64,000 nt of DNA from Dehalococcoidia bacterium (lineage in GTDB: Bacteria; Chloroflexota; Dehalococcoidia; Plut-88900). The number at the start of each line of letters is the position of its first letter. The first letter of the stretch is position 1. Both the position numbers and the translations under genes were made by a program. The notes under the pieces are model-generated. The model made no database searches, was not told the origin of the DNA, and was given only the letters and a program-made list of their open reading frames with translations. Shown one piece after another: positions 44,814 to 56,201 of the stretch. Location of the stretch: positions 2,432,001 to 2,496,000 of the forward strand of contig OZ240219.1 of assembly GCA_965197645.1 (NCBI GenBank). Direction: 5' to 3'.

Positions 44814-45728
44814 TTGAAGATACGGATGCCCAGCAGACTTCAAGCCGCGGTAACGCCTATTTGGGACAGCTTCATTGTCGTGCTGATGCGCCGCACCGTT
44901 CAGGAGATGTCCGACGACGATGCCACGCATATGGCCGCCGGTGTGGCCTACTACACCCTCTTCTCCCTGTTCCCGCTAATGCTGGGACTCATAGCGGTCC
45001 TGGGGTTCGTCATGGACCCCGACGATATCCGCGATAAGTTCACCGAATGGGCTGTAGATTACTTTCCCGGCACCGGCGAGCTGGTCGTCGATAACATCGA
45101 TACGGCCCTCAGCCAGAGGGGGCCCCTCACGGCCGTCGCCGTGGTGGGTCTTATCTGGTCGGGAAGTGCGATATTCGGGGTGATAGGTCGTTCTATCAAC
45201 CGGGCCTGGGACGTTCACAAAGACCGTCCTTTCTACATCGACAAGCTACGCCAGCTGGGAATGGCACTGGGAGTGAGTGTCCTGTTCCTGCTTTCTGTCT
45301 CGATGGCCACCTTTGCCCAAATAGTGGACCGCCTCAGCGAGACCTTCGATGCGGCCGGTCTGCAAACAACGACGGGGGTTCTTGTCGCCATCGGCCTTCG
45401 AGCGGTCTCTCTGCTCCTGGTTTTCGCCATATTTCTGCTGCTCTACAAGACGATACCCAACACCAGGACCTTCTGGCGATACGTATGGCCGGGGGCCGTG
45501 GTCGCCGCCATTCTCTTCGAGGCGGCCAAGAACCTGTTTATTGTCTACATAGACCAGTTCGCCAGCTACCAGAAAGTGTACGGGTCCATCGGCACGGTGA
45601 TCGCCTTCCTGCTGTGGGCCTACATTAGCTCGATGATCCTGATCATGGGCGCCGAGCTCAGCTCCGAGTACGGCAGGATGCGGCGCGGCGCCGACCGGGG
45701 TGTTCCGATACAGGCGTCCGAAGACTAA
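44814..45728 (+). CDS. YihY/BrkB family membrane protein
   Basis: AAGVAYYTLFSLFP, NRAW, YGSIG and LIMGAEL. Confidence 0.88.
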   Translation: MKIRMPSRLQAAVTPIWDSFIVVLMRRTVQEMSDDDATHMAAGVAYYTLFSLFPLMLGLIAVLGFVMDPDDIRDKFTEWAVDYFPGTGELVVDNIDTALSQRGPLTAVAVVGLIWSGSAIFGVIGRSINRAWDVHKDRPFYIDKLRQLGMALGVSVLFLLSVSMATFAQIVDRLSETFDAAGLQTTTGVLVAIGLRAVSLLLVFAIFLLLYKTIPNTRTFWRYVWPGAVVAAILFEAAKNLFIVYIDQFASYQKVYGSIGTVIAFLLWAYISSMILIMGAELSSEYGRMRRGADRGVPIQASED

Positions 45729-45824
45729 AAAGTCAAACGTCGGCGGGTGCTGCTGTACCGCCCGTAGCGCACCAGGCGAAACTTGGGTTATCCTAGCCGG
45801 GCCCGATCACAAGAGAGGTGGACA

Positions 45825-47426
45825 ATGACCACCATAACACCGGAAAAACAGGCCACCTGGGAATGGATCGATCGTAACTATCAGCGCTTCTCCGATTTTC
45901 ACCAGGAGATTTGGAACTACGCGGAACCGGCATGGCGCGAGTATCGATCGATGAGAGCCTTTTGCGACCTCCTTCGGTCCGAGGGGTTCGAGGTAGAGGA
46001 AGGCTCCGGCGAGATGCCCACAGCCTTCATGGCCACCTGGGGCAAGGGAGGACCGGTCCTCGGCGCCTACGCCGAATACGACGCCGTTCCCGGAAACTCC
46101 CAACAGCCGGTGCCCTACCGAGCACCTCGCGAGGGCCTCCACCCCTGGGCCGCTGGGCATACCGATCCCCACTCATCGCTGGGAGTGGCCGCCCTCATGG
46201 GAATGCTGGGCACCAAAACCGTCATGGAAGAGAGGGGCCTTCCGGGTACCCTGCGCTTGTTCGGCGAGCCGGCGGAGAAGGTATGCGGCTCCAAGCCGGT
46301 CCACGCGGCCAAGGGTTACCTGGACGGCGCCGACGCCTACATCGCCTATCATCCCCATCACACCAACACCACCATCTGGGATACTCATTGCGGCTCCTAC
46401 TGGAGCATCGTCTTCACCTTCGAGTGTCTCGACCCGGAGAACTGGATCGATGCCGACCTGCTGGTAGCGCCGGGCCAATCCCATGCCACGGCCCGGTGTC
46501 CCGGCGCCATCGATGCATTGGCCCTGATGTACACTAACACCAAGTACACCAAGGAGGCGATGTATCCCCACACCGGCACCTGGACCCTCAACGAGTTTGT
46601 GATGGCTGCGGGTCAGGCCACCGCGGACAACCTGCCGCCCAGGTTCAGCCAGATACAATACTCCTGGCGCGGGCCCACCCTCGCCATACAGGAGCAGATC
46701 TACCGCGTGCTGGAGAACAACGCAAAGCACGCCGCCGCCGTCACTAGGTGCGCCGTCTCGGCTCGATGGGTCACCAAGACCAGGCCGGGCCTCGCTAACC
46801 ACGCCATGGCCCAGCTTGCGGCCGACAATCTGAGGCAGGTCGGCCCTCCCAAGATGAGCGCCGAGGCCCGACGGTTCGGCCGGAAGATCCAGGAGAACCT
46901 GGGCATCGAGCCCATGTCCGACCCCTTTACCGCCGAAGGCCAGCAGTACATTTCTCCCCAGGACTTCGAGGCTTCCGTGCGGGCTCAGCTCCCCGGATGG
47001 CAGGTAAACTACACCTCCGACGACTACTCCGACTACACCTGGCACGCTCCGACGGTGCGCCTGCTCACCTCCAGGCCGGTGCTGAAGCCGCCCGACTCCA
47101 GCTTCCAGTACCCCGCCTGGGCGGGAAATGCGCTGGGAGGCGTCAAGGAGTGCATAGAGCCCGGGATGTTCGTCGGCGGCAAGACCATCTCCGCCACCCT
47201 GATCGACCTGCTCACAAGGCCGGAGGAGCTGGAAAAGGCCAAGGCCGAGTTCGAAGAGAGGACCGGCGGAGGAATCGGCGGCTCCAAGTGGGTCGCCCCG
47301 CTGCTGCCCAGGGACTTCGCTCCGCCGGTGGACCTGCGCTGGCCGGAGTACGTCCAGACCCCGCGCGGCGAGGAGTGGTGGGCCCCGACCCTCGGCCCAG
47401 CCGGCTTCGGCGAGCGGCTGGCCTGA
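45825..47426 (+). CDS. M20 family amidohydrolase (AbgB-like)
   Basis: IWNYAEP, MPTAF, AEYDAVPG, FGEPAEK and SDD; ATG 45825 after GAGGTG. Confidence 0.8.
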   Translation: MTTITPEKQATWEWIDRNYQRFSDFHQEIWNYAEPAWREYRSMRAFCDLLRSEGFEVEEGSGEMPTAFMATWGKGGPVLGAYAEYDAVPGNSQQPVPYRAPREGLHPWAAGHTDPHSSLGVAALMGMLGTKTVMEERGLPGTLRLFGEPAEKVCGSKPVHAAKGYLDGADAYIAYHPHHTNTTIWDTHCGSYWSIVFTFECLDPENWIDADLLVAPGQSHATARCPGAIDALALMYTNTKYTKEAMYPHTGTWTLNEFVMAAGQATADNLPPRFSQIQYSWRGPTLAIQEQIYRVLENNAKHAAAVTRCAVSARWVTKTRPGLANHAMAQLAADNLRQVGPPKMSAEARRFGRKIQENLGIEPMSDPFTAEGQQYISPQDFEASVRAQLPGWQVNYTSDDYSDYTWHAPTVRLLTSRPVLKPPDSSFQYPAWAGNALGGVKECIEPGMFVGGKTISATLIDLLTRPEELEKAKAEFEERTGGGIGGSKWVAPLLPRDFAPPVDLRWPEYVQTPRGEEWWAPTLGPAGFGERLA

Positions 47427-47440
47427 CCTGACTTGCTGCC

Positions 47441-48121
47441 ATGTCTTCCCTGCAAGAGCTGAATCGGGAGATCATCTCCTGCACCCGTTGCCCTCGGCTG
47501 GTGGAGTACCGCGAGAAGGTCGCCAGGGAGAAGCGCCGGATGTACCAGGACTGGGACTACTGGGGCAAGCCGGTGCCCGGAATCGGCGATCCCTCTGCCC
47601 GGGTCTTCATCCTCGGTCTGGCCCCAGCCGCTCATGGCGCCAACAGAACGGGGCGCATGTTCACCGGCGACGGCAGCGGAGATTGGATGTGGAGGGCTTT
47701 ACATAAGTCTGGTTTCTCCAACCGTTCTTGCTCCCGAGACCCGAATGACGACCTTACCCTGACCGACGTGTACATCAGCGCCGCCCTGAGGTGTGCTCCC
47801 CCCGCAAACAAGCCCCTCAAAGAAGAGCTGTCCCAATGCCGGAGCTACCTGCTGTCCGAGCTCGAGATGATGGACCGGGTACAGGTGGTGCTGGCCTTGG
47901 GAAAGATCGCCTTCGATAGCTACTTCGCGGCCGCCAGAGAGCTCGGTTATACGCCGCCAACCCCCAAACCGCCCTTCGGTCATTGCGCCGTCTACCAGCT
48001 CGATTGGGGCATCACGTTGGTCGGTTCCTACCATCCCAGCCGACAGAACACCCAGACCGGCAAGCTGACCGAGGAGATGTTCGACCGGGCGTTCACCACC
48101 GTACGAGGACTGCTGAGGTGA
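47441..48121 (+). CDS. uracil-DNA glycosylase family 5 (UdgB-like)
   Basis: CTRCPRL Fe-S motif, GLAPAAHGANRTGRMFTGD and SYHPSRQN. Confidence 0.92.
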   Translation: MSSLQELNREIISCTRCPRLVEYREKVAREKRRMYQDWDYWGKPVPGIGDPSARVFILGLAPAAHGANRTGRMFTGDGSGDWMWRALHKSGFSNRSCSRDPNDDLTLTDVYISAALRCAPPANKPLKEELSQCRSYLLSELEMMDRVQVVLALGKIAFDSYFAAARELGYTPPTPKPPFGHCAVYQLDWGITLVGSYHPSRQNTQTGKLTEEMFDRAFTTVRGLLR

Positions 48122-48185
48122 GGGAATGGAGATGCCAATCGATTCCAACCGGTGGAAGTCACCGTCAACGACGGCCGTCGATAAC

Positions 48186-48240
48186 GGGGTGTGCAGAGGG
48201 GCGGAGCCCCTTTGCCGGGAGCCTGAGGGTGTCCCTCAGA
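48186..48240. repeat. double-hairpin REP-like element
   Basis: GCAGAGGGGC-GGA-GCCCCTTTGC and CTGAGGG-TGT-CCCTCAG. Confidence 0.55.
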
Positions 48241-48311
48241 TCACTATTCTTGCGGCCTGTTCGGAGCCGACCTTATAATGATGCGGCTTTCAACTCATTT
48301 CGAGGAGCAAT

Positions 48312-49628
48312 ATGGTTACTACGGGCAGACTCCCCATATTTCCAGTGACCTCAGGCATAAACGATGCCAACCACCTCACCATCGGCGGCTGTGACTTGAC
48401 CGCCCTCGCCGAGGAATACGGCACCCCTCTCTACGTCTTCGATGAGGAGTCTCTGAGAGGTAAGTGTCGAGAGTTCACCAGGGAGTTCTCCGACCGGTAT
48501 CCGGACGTCCTGGTGCTGTACGCCTGCAAGGCCTACGTCAATCCCGCCCTGGCCCGCATATTCAACGAAGAGGGCATGGGGCTCGACGTCGTTTCCGGCG
48601 GCGAGCTGGCGGTGGCGCAAGCCGTCGACTACCCCGCAGCGAAGGTCTACTTCCACGGCAACAACAAAGGCCCCGAAGAGCTGGAAAGCTCGGTGGGGTG
48701 GGGCATTGGGCGTGTGGTAGTGGACAACTTCCACGAGCTGGATCTGCTCAACGATATCGCAGGCAAGGCCGGTGTGCGGCAGGACATCCTGGTCCGGGTA
48801 TCGCCCGGCGTGGACCCTCACACCCACAGTCACACCACTACCGGCATCCTGGACAGCAAGTTCGGCATCCCCATCGAAGGGGGACAGGCCGAGGAGCTGG
48901 TCAGGCAGGCCATGGCTGCAGAAAACATCAATCTCGTTGGCCTGCATTTCCACCTCGGCTCCCCCATCTTCGATCTGGAACCCTATCGCACCGCGATCGA
49001 CATAACGATGGCTTTCGCCGCCGAGATGAAGGAGCGGCATGGGATGGAGCTGAGGGAGTTCAGCCCGGGTGGTGGATTCGCCGTGCAGTACACCGAGGAC
49101 GAACCGCCTCCCCAGGTAGCCGAGTACGCCTCCGTCATCGCCTCGGCCATACTGGAGAACTGCAAAGGGCCCGACATGCCGCCCCCGCAATTGCTCATCG
49201 AGCCGGGCCGGGCCATCGTAGGGCAGGCCGGTGTGGCGGTCTACACGGTAGGATCGACCAAGGACATCCCTGGCATCCGGCGCTACGTTTCGGTGGACGG
49301 CGGCATGGGGGACAACATCCGGCCCGCCATCTACGGGTCCCGCTACGAAGCCATAGTCGTCAACAAGGCCGGGGACCGGCCAGAGGGAAAAGTCACCATC
49401 GCCGGCAAGTTCTGCGAGTCCGGCGACGTCCTCATTCACGACATAGAGCTTCCAGGAATCGAAACAGGCGACCTGATCGCCATCCCGACCTCGGGAGCCT
49501 ACTGCCTCCCCATGGCCAGCAACTACAACTCCAACCCTCGCCCACCTATCGCGCTGGTGAAAGACGGGCAGTCCAAGCTCATCCGCCGCCGGGAGACGTA
49601 TCAGGACCTGATGCTGTGCGACCTGTGA
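48312..49628 (+). CDS. lysA: diaminopimelate decarboxylase
   Basis: YGTPLYV, YACKA (PLP Lys), SKFG, HLGS, EPGR, GKFCESGD and MASNYN. Confidence 0.95.
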   Translation: MVTTGRLPIFPVTSGINDANHLTIGGCDLTALAEEYGTPLYVFDEESLRGKCREFTREFSDRYPDVLVLYACKAYVNPALARIFNEEGMGLDVVSGGELAVAQAVDYPAAKVYFHGNNKGPEELESSVGWGIGRVVVDNFHELDLLNDIAGKAGVRQDILVRVSPGVDPHTHSHTTTGILDSKFGIPIEGGQAEELVRQAMAAENINLVGLHFHLGSPIFDLEPYRTAIDITMAFAAEMKERHGMELREFSPGGGFAVQYTEDEPPPQVAEYASVIASAILENCKGPDMPPPQLLIEPGRAIVGQAGVAVYTVGSTKDIPGIRRYVSVDGGMGDNIRPAIYGSRYEAIVVNKAGDRPEGKVTIAGKFCESGDVLIHDIELPGIETGDLIAIPTSGAYCLPMASNYNSNPRPPIALVKDGQSKLIRRRETYQDLMLCDL

Positions 49629-50680
49629 CCGACCAAGGAACAGTCTTCCAACCCGCCTCGATCATCGGGCACTCCGGCGCCGGCTCACTGCTCCTCAGAA
49701 GCCTGACGACGGACCACCTGTCCCACGCCTACCTGTTCGTCGGGCCCGAGCACGTGGGTAAGATGACGCTGGCCCTCTACCTGTCCCTGGCCGTCAACTG
49801 CGAGGGCCGAGACCGCAGGCCATGCGGCCAGTGTCCCCAGTGTCTTCGCATCTCCGCCGGCCAGCATGCCGATGTTCAGGTGCTGGGACTCTCGGAAGAG
49901 ACGGAGGGGCAGGGTGCGACGACCCGCATAGGCATCGAACGGGTCCGAGAGCTTCAGAAGCAGGCCAGTCTTCACCCATACGAAGGCAGATGCAGGGTCT
50001 TTATCATCGATGGCGCTCAGCTTCTCACCAACGAGGCCGCCAACAGCCTGTTGAAGACCCTGGAGGAGCCGCCTCCCAACGTGCTTCTGCTGCTCCTGAC
50101 CACCGACGAAAGCTCCCTGCTGCCGACTATTCTGTCTCGGTGCCAGCGACTAGAGCTGCGCCCCGTACCCATCGCCCTGCTGGCAGAAACCCTCGTCCGG
50201 ACCCACTCGCTGGAGGAGTCGAAAGCACAGCTCCTGGCCCGGCTTTCCGCCGGCTGCCCCGGTTGGGCCATAGCCGCCGCAAAGGATGAAGAGATACTGC
50301 AGGCCCGCATCGACACACTGGACCGCCTGGTCAGCCTCGGGCGGGAAGAGTTGGAGGATCGGTTCAAGTACGCCTCGGAGTTGGCGTCCCTCTTCTTCAA
50401 AGACCGAGGCGCCGTCCATCAGATTATGGACGTCTGGTTGACCTGGTGGAGAGACCTGTTGCTCCTAAACGGAGGCGCCGCCGAGCTGATCACCAACCGT
50501 CACCGCATCTCGGAGCTGCAGGAGCAGGCCGGTTGGTGCTCCCTGGCAGATATCCGGCGGTTCATCCACAGGCTGGAAGAGAGCCGCTCCAACCTCGAAC
50601 GCAACATCATCCCCCGGCTGGTGTTGGAGCTGTTGATGATGGACCTTCCAACCAGAACTCCCGTTGGGGCTGCACGGTAG
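49625..50680 (+). CDS. holB: DNA polymerase III delta' subunit
   Basis: HAYLFVGPEHVGK, C..C..C..C Zn site, AANSLLKTLEEPP and LPTILSRC; GTG 49625 overlaps the lysA stop. Confidence 0.9.
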   Translation: MTDQGTVFQPASIIGHSGAGSLLLRSLTTDHLSHAYLFVGPEHVGKMTLALYLSLAVNCEGRDRRPCGQCPQCLRISAGQHADVQVLGLSEETEGQGATTRIGIERVRELQKQASLHPYEGRCRVFIIDGAQLLTNEAANSLLKTLEEPPPNVLLLLLTTDESSLLPTILSRCQRLELRPVPIALLAETLVRTHSLEESKAQLLARLSAGCPGWAIAAAKDEEILQARIDTLDRLVSLGREELEDRFKYASELASLFFKDRGAVHQIMDVWLTWWRDLLLLNGGAAELITNRHRISELQEQAGWCSLADIRRFIHRLEESRSNLERNIIPRLVLELLMMDLPTRTPVGAAR

Positions 50681-50928
50681 TGAGGGCCATAGCGGGAGTC
50701 CGGTTCGAGCGAGCCGGTAGAGTGCACTACTTTGTCTCCGGCGGGCTGGACATCCGGCTCAACGACTATGTGGTGGCCAAAGAGAGGTCCGAGGAAAGGA
50801 TCGGCAGGGTCGTCTTCTCACCCGGTCAGCTGATTGTCGATCAGTTGGGAGCCCCGGTCACAGAGATTCTCAGGAAGGCCACGCCCGAAGACCTGGAGTC
50901 TGCCGAGACGAGCTGGACCAGGCCCTAA
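50680..50928 (+). CDS. short protein resembling the N-terminal domain of RicT/YaaT (PSP1 family)
   Basis: GVRFERAGRVHYF, LNDYVV and ILRKATPED; directly after holB; GTG start inferred. Confidence 0.65.
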   Translation: MRAIAGVRFERAGRVHYFVSGGLDIRLNDYVVAKERSEERIGRVVFSPGQLIVDQLGAPVTEILRKATPEDLESAETSWTRP

Positions 50929-51449
50929 GCCCCCGCCGGCACGAACTTCCGCCACTCCTCCCGCGTTTCCAGGTACGGTTGTAGATTACCGTATCTCCTC
51001 AGCGGTGGAGCCTTTGGCCGGTGGGGCAGCTTCATTCCCGCCTGCTCCGGAGTTCGCCCTGCCTTTCGCAGGTTGCAGCTGGGGCAGGCGCTGATAACGT
51101 TCTCCCACTCGTGGGCGCCGCCCAGCCTCCTGGGCATTACGTGGTCCAGCGTCAGCTCCCGGGTTTCCTTCCCGCAATACTGGCATACGTAGTGGTCTCG
51201 TATGAACACCTCGCGGCGAGACAGCTTTCGAGCCAGGAGCGGGCGTTTGATCATGTAGTCCAGCCGGATGACCGAGGGCAGGGGGATCAGGGAGCTGGGG
51301 GTACGGATCTCGCCTCGGCCATTCTCCAGGATCTCGGCCTTGCCCTTGAGGCACAGGACCACGGCGCGACGGGACGTGCAGACATTGAGCGGCTCGTAGT
51401 TTTGATTCAAAACTAGGACCGCTTCGTATGTCGAGACGCTATGCCCCAT
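50925..51449 (-). CDS. HNH endonuclease
   Basis: VLVLNQNYEPL, PSVIRL, RDHYVCQYCG, TLDHVMPR and CPSCNLRK. Confidence 0.9.
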   Translation of the reverse strand: MGHSVSTYEAVLVLNQNYEPLNVCTSRRAVVLCLKGKAEILENGRGEIRTPSSLIPLPSVIRLDYMIKRPLLARKLSRREVFIRDHYVCQYCGKETRELTLDHVMPRRLGGAHEWENVISACPSCNLRKAGRTPEQAGMKLPHRPKAPPLRRYGNLQPYLETREEWRKFVPAGA

Positions 51450-51548
51450 GTCGGACTGGTAACAGGTAGTGCAATCTCCAACCCGCCGTCGCCTGTCCCT
51501 TGGCGGAATTCTATCACAAAGCCCCAGACGGAGAAAAGACATAATGTG

Positions 51549-52238
51549 CTAGGCGGCCCTCGGCAGCAGTCTCCTCAACGAGTACCTGCTGTCGCGCCAG
51601 AGCATCGTCCCCACCACGTAGAGTCCTCCGACGACGTATCCTCCCAGGACGTCACTGAGCCAGTGGACACCCAAATACATTCGAGAGAACCCCATGGCCA
51701 GGATCATGGCGATGAACAGCACCTGGACGATTCGCAGGGCCCAGCGGGGTTTCACGTTTACAAACAGGCTGAACGCCAGCATCAACCCGTAGAAGGTCGT
51801 GGCGTAGACCACGTGGCCGCTGGGAAAGCTCTTCGAGGTCAGCTCCTCCATTATCTCCACGAGATCGGCCGTTGGCCTGGGTCGGTAGACCAGCAGCTTG
51901 ATTAGATCGTTGATGAGCGCACTAGCGATGGTGACTATCGCCACGTAGCTGGCTTCGCTCCAACGGCGGAACAGAGACAAAGCCAGCACGACGCCGGCGG
52001 TGACGACCGTGCCCCAGGTCCAGTCGCCCAGCTTGGAAAGTATCTCCATACCACGGAGAACAGCCGGACTGTCGATGGACTGAACCCTTAAGGACGCCGA
52101 ACGGTCTCCCGGGAAGGTATCGTACGCACCGGCCGAGACCGCCAGGCCAACGGCGACCACCAGCAACGCCAACCACACAAGGGCCAGCTTGCGCCGGGGG
52201 GTGTCTTTTCCCCGTGTTGAGGGCAGGTCTCCGGACAT
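51549..52238 (-). CDS. PAP2 family phosphatase
   Basis: K...RPRP, SFPSGH and SRMYLGVHWLSD. Confidence 0.9.
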   Translation of the reverse strand: MSGDLPSTRGKDTPRRKLALVWLALLVVAVGLAVSAGAYDTFPGDRSASLRVQSIDSPAVLRGMEILSKLGDWTWGTVVTAGVVLALSLFRRWSEASYVAIVTIASALINDLIKLLVYRPRPTADLVEIMEELTSKSFPSGHVVYATTFYGLMLAFSLFVNVKPRWALRIVQVLFIAMILAMGFSRMYLGVHWLSDVLGGYVVGGLYVVGTMLWRDSRYSLRRLLPRAA

Positions 52239-52281
52239 ATCGCGGGATTATGACACACGGTCGGCCCCAGCCCAACGTTTC

Positions 52282-52310
52282 TTGACCCCTGGAATGCACG
52301 ACCCTACAAT
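52282..52310 (+). promoter_or_regulatory. sigma70 promoter of ffh
   Basis: TTGACC-N17-TACAAT. Confidence 0.6.
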
Positions 52311-52327
52311 GGAATCAGGAGCTGTTC

Positions 52328-53668
52328 ATGCTTGAGATTCTGTCCGAGAAGATAACGAACGTCCTGAAGAAGCTCGAGGGACGCGGCCGGCTCACCGAGG
52401 AGGCGGTCGACGCCGCCCTTCGAGAGGTGAGACTGGCCCTCCTCGAAGCCGACGTCAATTTCAAGGTGGTCAAGCAGTTCGTTGCCAGGGTCCGTGATAG
52501 GTGCCTGGACGTCGAGGTGATGGAGCACCTGACCGCGGGCCAGCAGGTGGTGAAGATAGTCAACGAGGAGCTGACCGACATACTGGGCGGCGGCGCCCAC
52601 GAGCTGGAACCGGCGGACAGACAACCCGCCGTAATCATGCTGGCGGGGCTCCAAGGGTCTGGCAAGACGACAACCGCCGCCAAGCTGGCACTGCACCTTC
52701 GGCGGGAAAAACAGTCGGCAATGATGATAGCCGCCGACCTTCAGCGCCCCGCAGCGGTCGATCAGCTCCTGACCCTCGGCAGGCAGCTCACCATACCCGT
52801 CTACAACGAAGGGGTCGACGCCAAACCGGTGGATGTCTGCTCTCGAGGGCTGAAGGAGGCAAGGGAACAGGGCGTCGACTGGGTCATAGCCGACACCGCG
52901 GGACGCCTTCACATCGACAACGACCTTATGAAGGAGCTCTCCGCCATCAAGAAAGTCCTGTCTCCCGAAGAGGTCCTGCTGGTCGTCGACTCCATGACGG
53001 GCCAGGATGCGGTCACGGCCGCCGAGAACTTCAACCGGGAGATCGATCTAACCGGGTTGATCCTCACCAAGCTGGACGGCGATGCCAGGGGCGGAGCGGC
53101 CCTGTCCATCACCTCCGTCACCGGCGTCCCGATAAAGTTCATCGGAATCGGCGAAAAGGCCGATGCCCTGGAGCAGTTCCACCCCAACCGTCTGGCCTCT
53201 CGAATCCTGGGCATGGGTGACGTTCTCACACTTGTCGAGAAAGCCCAACACGGGGTTGACGAAGACAAGGCCAGGGAGTTGGAGCGGAAGATCAGAAACG
53301 CAACCTTCTCCTTGGAGGACTTCCTGGACCAGCTCTACCAGGTGAAACAGATGGGGCCCCTCGGCCAGCTCCTGGATATGATCCCGGGCGCCAACGCTCT
53401 CAAGGGCAAGCTCTCTGCGGATGATCTGGACGAAGGCGCTCTAATCAAATCCGAAGCCATAATCCAATCGATGACCCCGGAAGAGAGGTTGAACCCGGCC
53501 ATCATCGGCGGCAGCCGCAAGAAACGGATCTGCCGGGGCAGCGGCACCTTGCCCCAAGATGTAAACCAGCTGTTGAACCAGTTTCGTCAGATGCAGAAGA
53601 TGATGAAGATGATGGCCGGCGGCAAGATGAAAATGTCCAGCGGCCAGATGGCCAACCTGCTGCGCTGA
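52328..53668 (+). CDS. ffh: signal recognition particle protein
   Basis: LLEADV, GLQGSGKTT, DTAGR, TKLDGDARGG and a Met-rich M domain. Confidence 0.97.
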   Translation: MLEILSEKITNVLKKLEGRGRLTEEAVDAALREVRLALLEADVNFKVVKQFVARVRDRCLDVEVMEHLTAGQQVVKIVNEELTDILGGGAHELEPADRQPAVIMLAGLQGSGKTTTAAKLALHLRREKQSAMMIAADLQRPAAVDQLLTLGRQLTIPVYNEGVDAKPVDVCSRGLKEAREQGVDWVIADTAGRLHIDNDLMKELSAIKKVLSPEEVLLVVDSMTGQDAVTAAENFNREIDLTGLILTKLDGDARGGAALSITSVTGVPIKFIGIGEKADALEQFHPNRLASRILGMGDVLTLVEKAQHGVDEDKARELERKIRNATFSLEDFLDQLYQVKQMGPLGQLLDMIPGANALKGKLSADDLDEGALIKSEAIIQSMTPEERLNPAIIGGSRKKRICRGSGTLPQDVNQLLNQFRQMQKMMKMMAGGKMKMSSGQMANLLR

Positions 53669-54604
53669 TCACCCGTCCTTTGGCACCAGTTCCATCCCCT
53701 GCCTGATGGCAGCGTAGACGTAGACGATGACAGGCACCCGGTAATCGCCCCATCTCTCGGCAATGGAGTCGGCTTCCTGTGGAGTTACCGGCTGACCATC
53801 CATGTAGACCTGGGACAGCATGCGAAGTAGGGCCAGATCACCTGCCGGAAACACGTCGAACCTGCCCAGGCTGTTGCATAGCACCCACTGGGCCGTCCAC
53901 GTTCCGATACCCCTCAGCTTGACCAGCTCCTCAATGACCCTTTCGTTGCCAAGCTCCCTCAGCTCTTCCAGGCGCAGAGCGCCGGTGGCTACCAACTCCG
54001 ATAGGCCATGTATGTACTCGGCCTTCCTCCGGCTGAGCTTGTGCTGCCCCAGCTCCTTGGGGCCTGCTGCCGCCAGCCTCTCCGGCGCGGGAAACCGGTA
54101 GTAGGTGTGCCCATCTTGTACTAGCTGCTCACCATAGCTTTCGGTCAGCTCCCGCTCTATCACCACGGCCACCTTGCCCGAGATCTGCTGTCCGATGATC
54201 GCCGTAATCAACGTCTCGAAGATGTTGGGTTCGGTGGTGGGCTTGAGCCCGCGAAAAACAGTCGTCAGCCGGGACAACATCCCGTCGTCCTCCGCCATAG
54301 CGTAGAACCCGGAGAGATCGTAGTCCAGTCCCAGGACTTCGTTCGCTTCCTGCTCCGCCGCGTCCAGGTCCATCTCCGATACCGAAGCTACTGTGAGTTC
54401 CAGCCGGAGTTTGGGCTCGTCCATCGACCCGAAGTCGCTGACGGACATCAAGGCTGTACGGCCATCGAGGGAGATAACGCGGCGGTACACGCCGTCCCGG
54501 AACGACTCGCTGCCGAATCCGTCTTGGAAGCGGGTGCGATATGCGGCCGTCAGCTTGAAGTCAAAGGGAGGCGCGGCCTTGAGTTGCCTGTTGAGCGACC
54601 TCAT
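53669..54604 (-). CDS. alkA: DNA-3-methyladenine glycosylase II (AlkA-like)
   Basis: IIGQQIS, FPAPE, LRGIGTWTA HhH motif and FPAGD; start uncertain (54604 or 54619). Confidence 0.8.
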   Translation of the reverse strand: MRSLNRQLKAAPPFDFKLTAAYRTRFQDGFGSESFRDGVYRRVISLDGRTALMSVSDFGSMDEPKLRLELTVASVSEMDLDAAEQEANEVLGLDYDLSGFYAMAEDDGMLSRLTTVFRGLKPTTEPNIFETLITAIIGQQISGKVAVVIERELTESYGEQLVQDGHTYYRFPAPERLAAAGPKELGQHKLSRRKAEYIHGLSELVATGALRLEELRELGNERVIEELVKLRGIGTWTAQWVLCNSLGRFDVFPAGDLALLRMLSQVYMDGQPVTPQEADSIAERWGDYRVPVIVYVYAAIRQGMELVPKDG

Positions 54605-54673
54605 GGTCCTATTAATCAACGAGGGCCGGAAGACCTCTCTCCCGACCCTCTTTTCTTGACGGATTACCCGGTC

Positions 54674-56200
<1,527 letters not shown>

Positions 56201-56201
56201 C

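Noticed and set aside
48122-48311. Lysine riboswitch upstream of lysA
   Set aside because: No L-box consensus; a promoter (TTGCGG-N18-TATAAT, 48250-48279) lies about 30 nt from the ATG, leaving the hairpins outside the leader.
48464-49624. 738-aa ORF as a long HolB fusion
   Set aside because: The N-terminal part is an off-frame shadow of lysA; HolB motifs begin only after 49625.
50925-51449. HNH gene as a mobile element, Cas or defence system
   Set aside because: It is a common stand-alone HNH type, with no intron, repeats, methylase or cas genes nearby.
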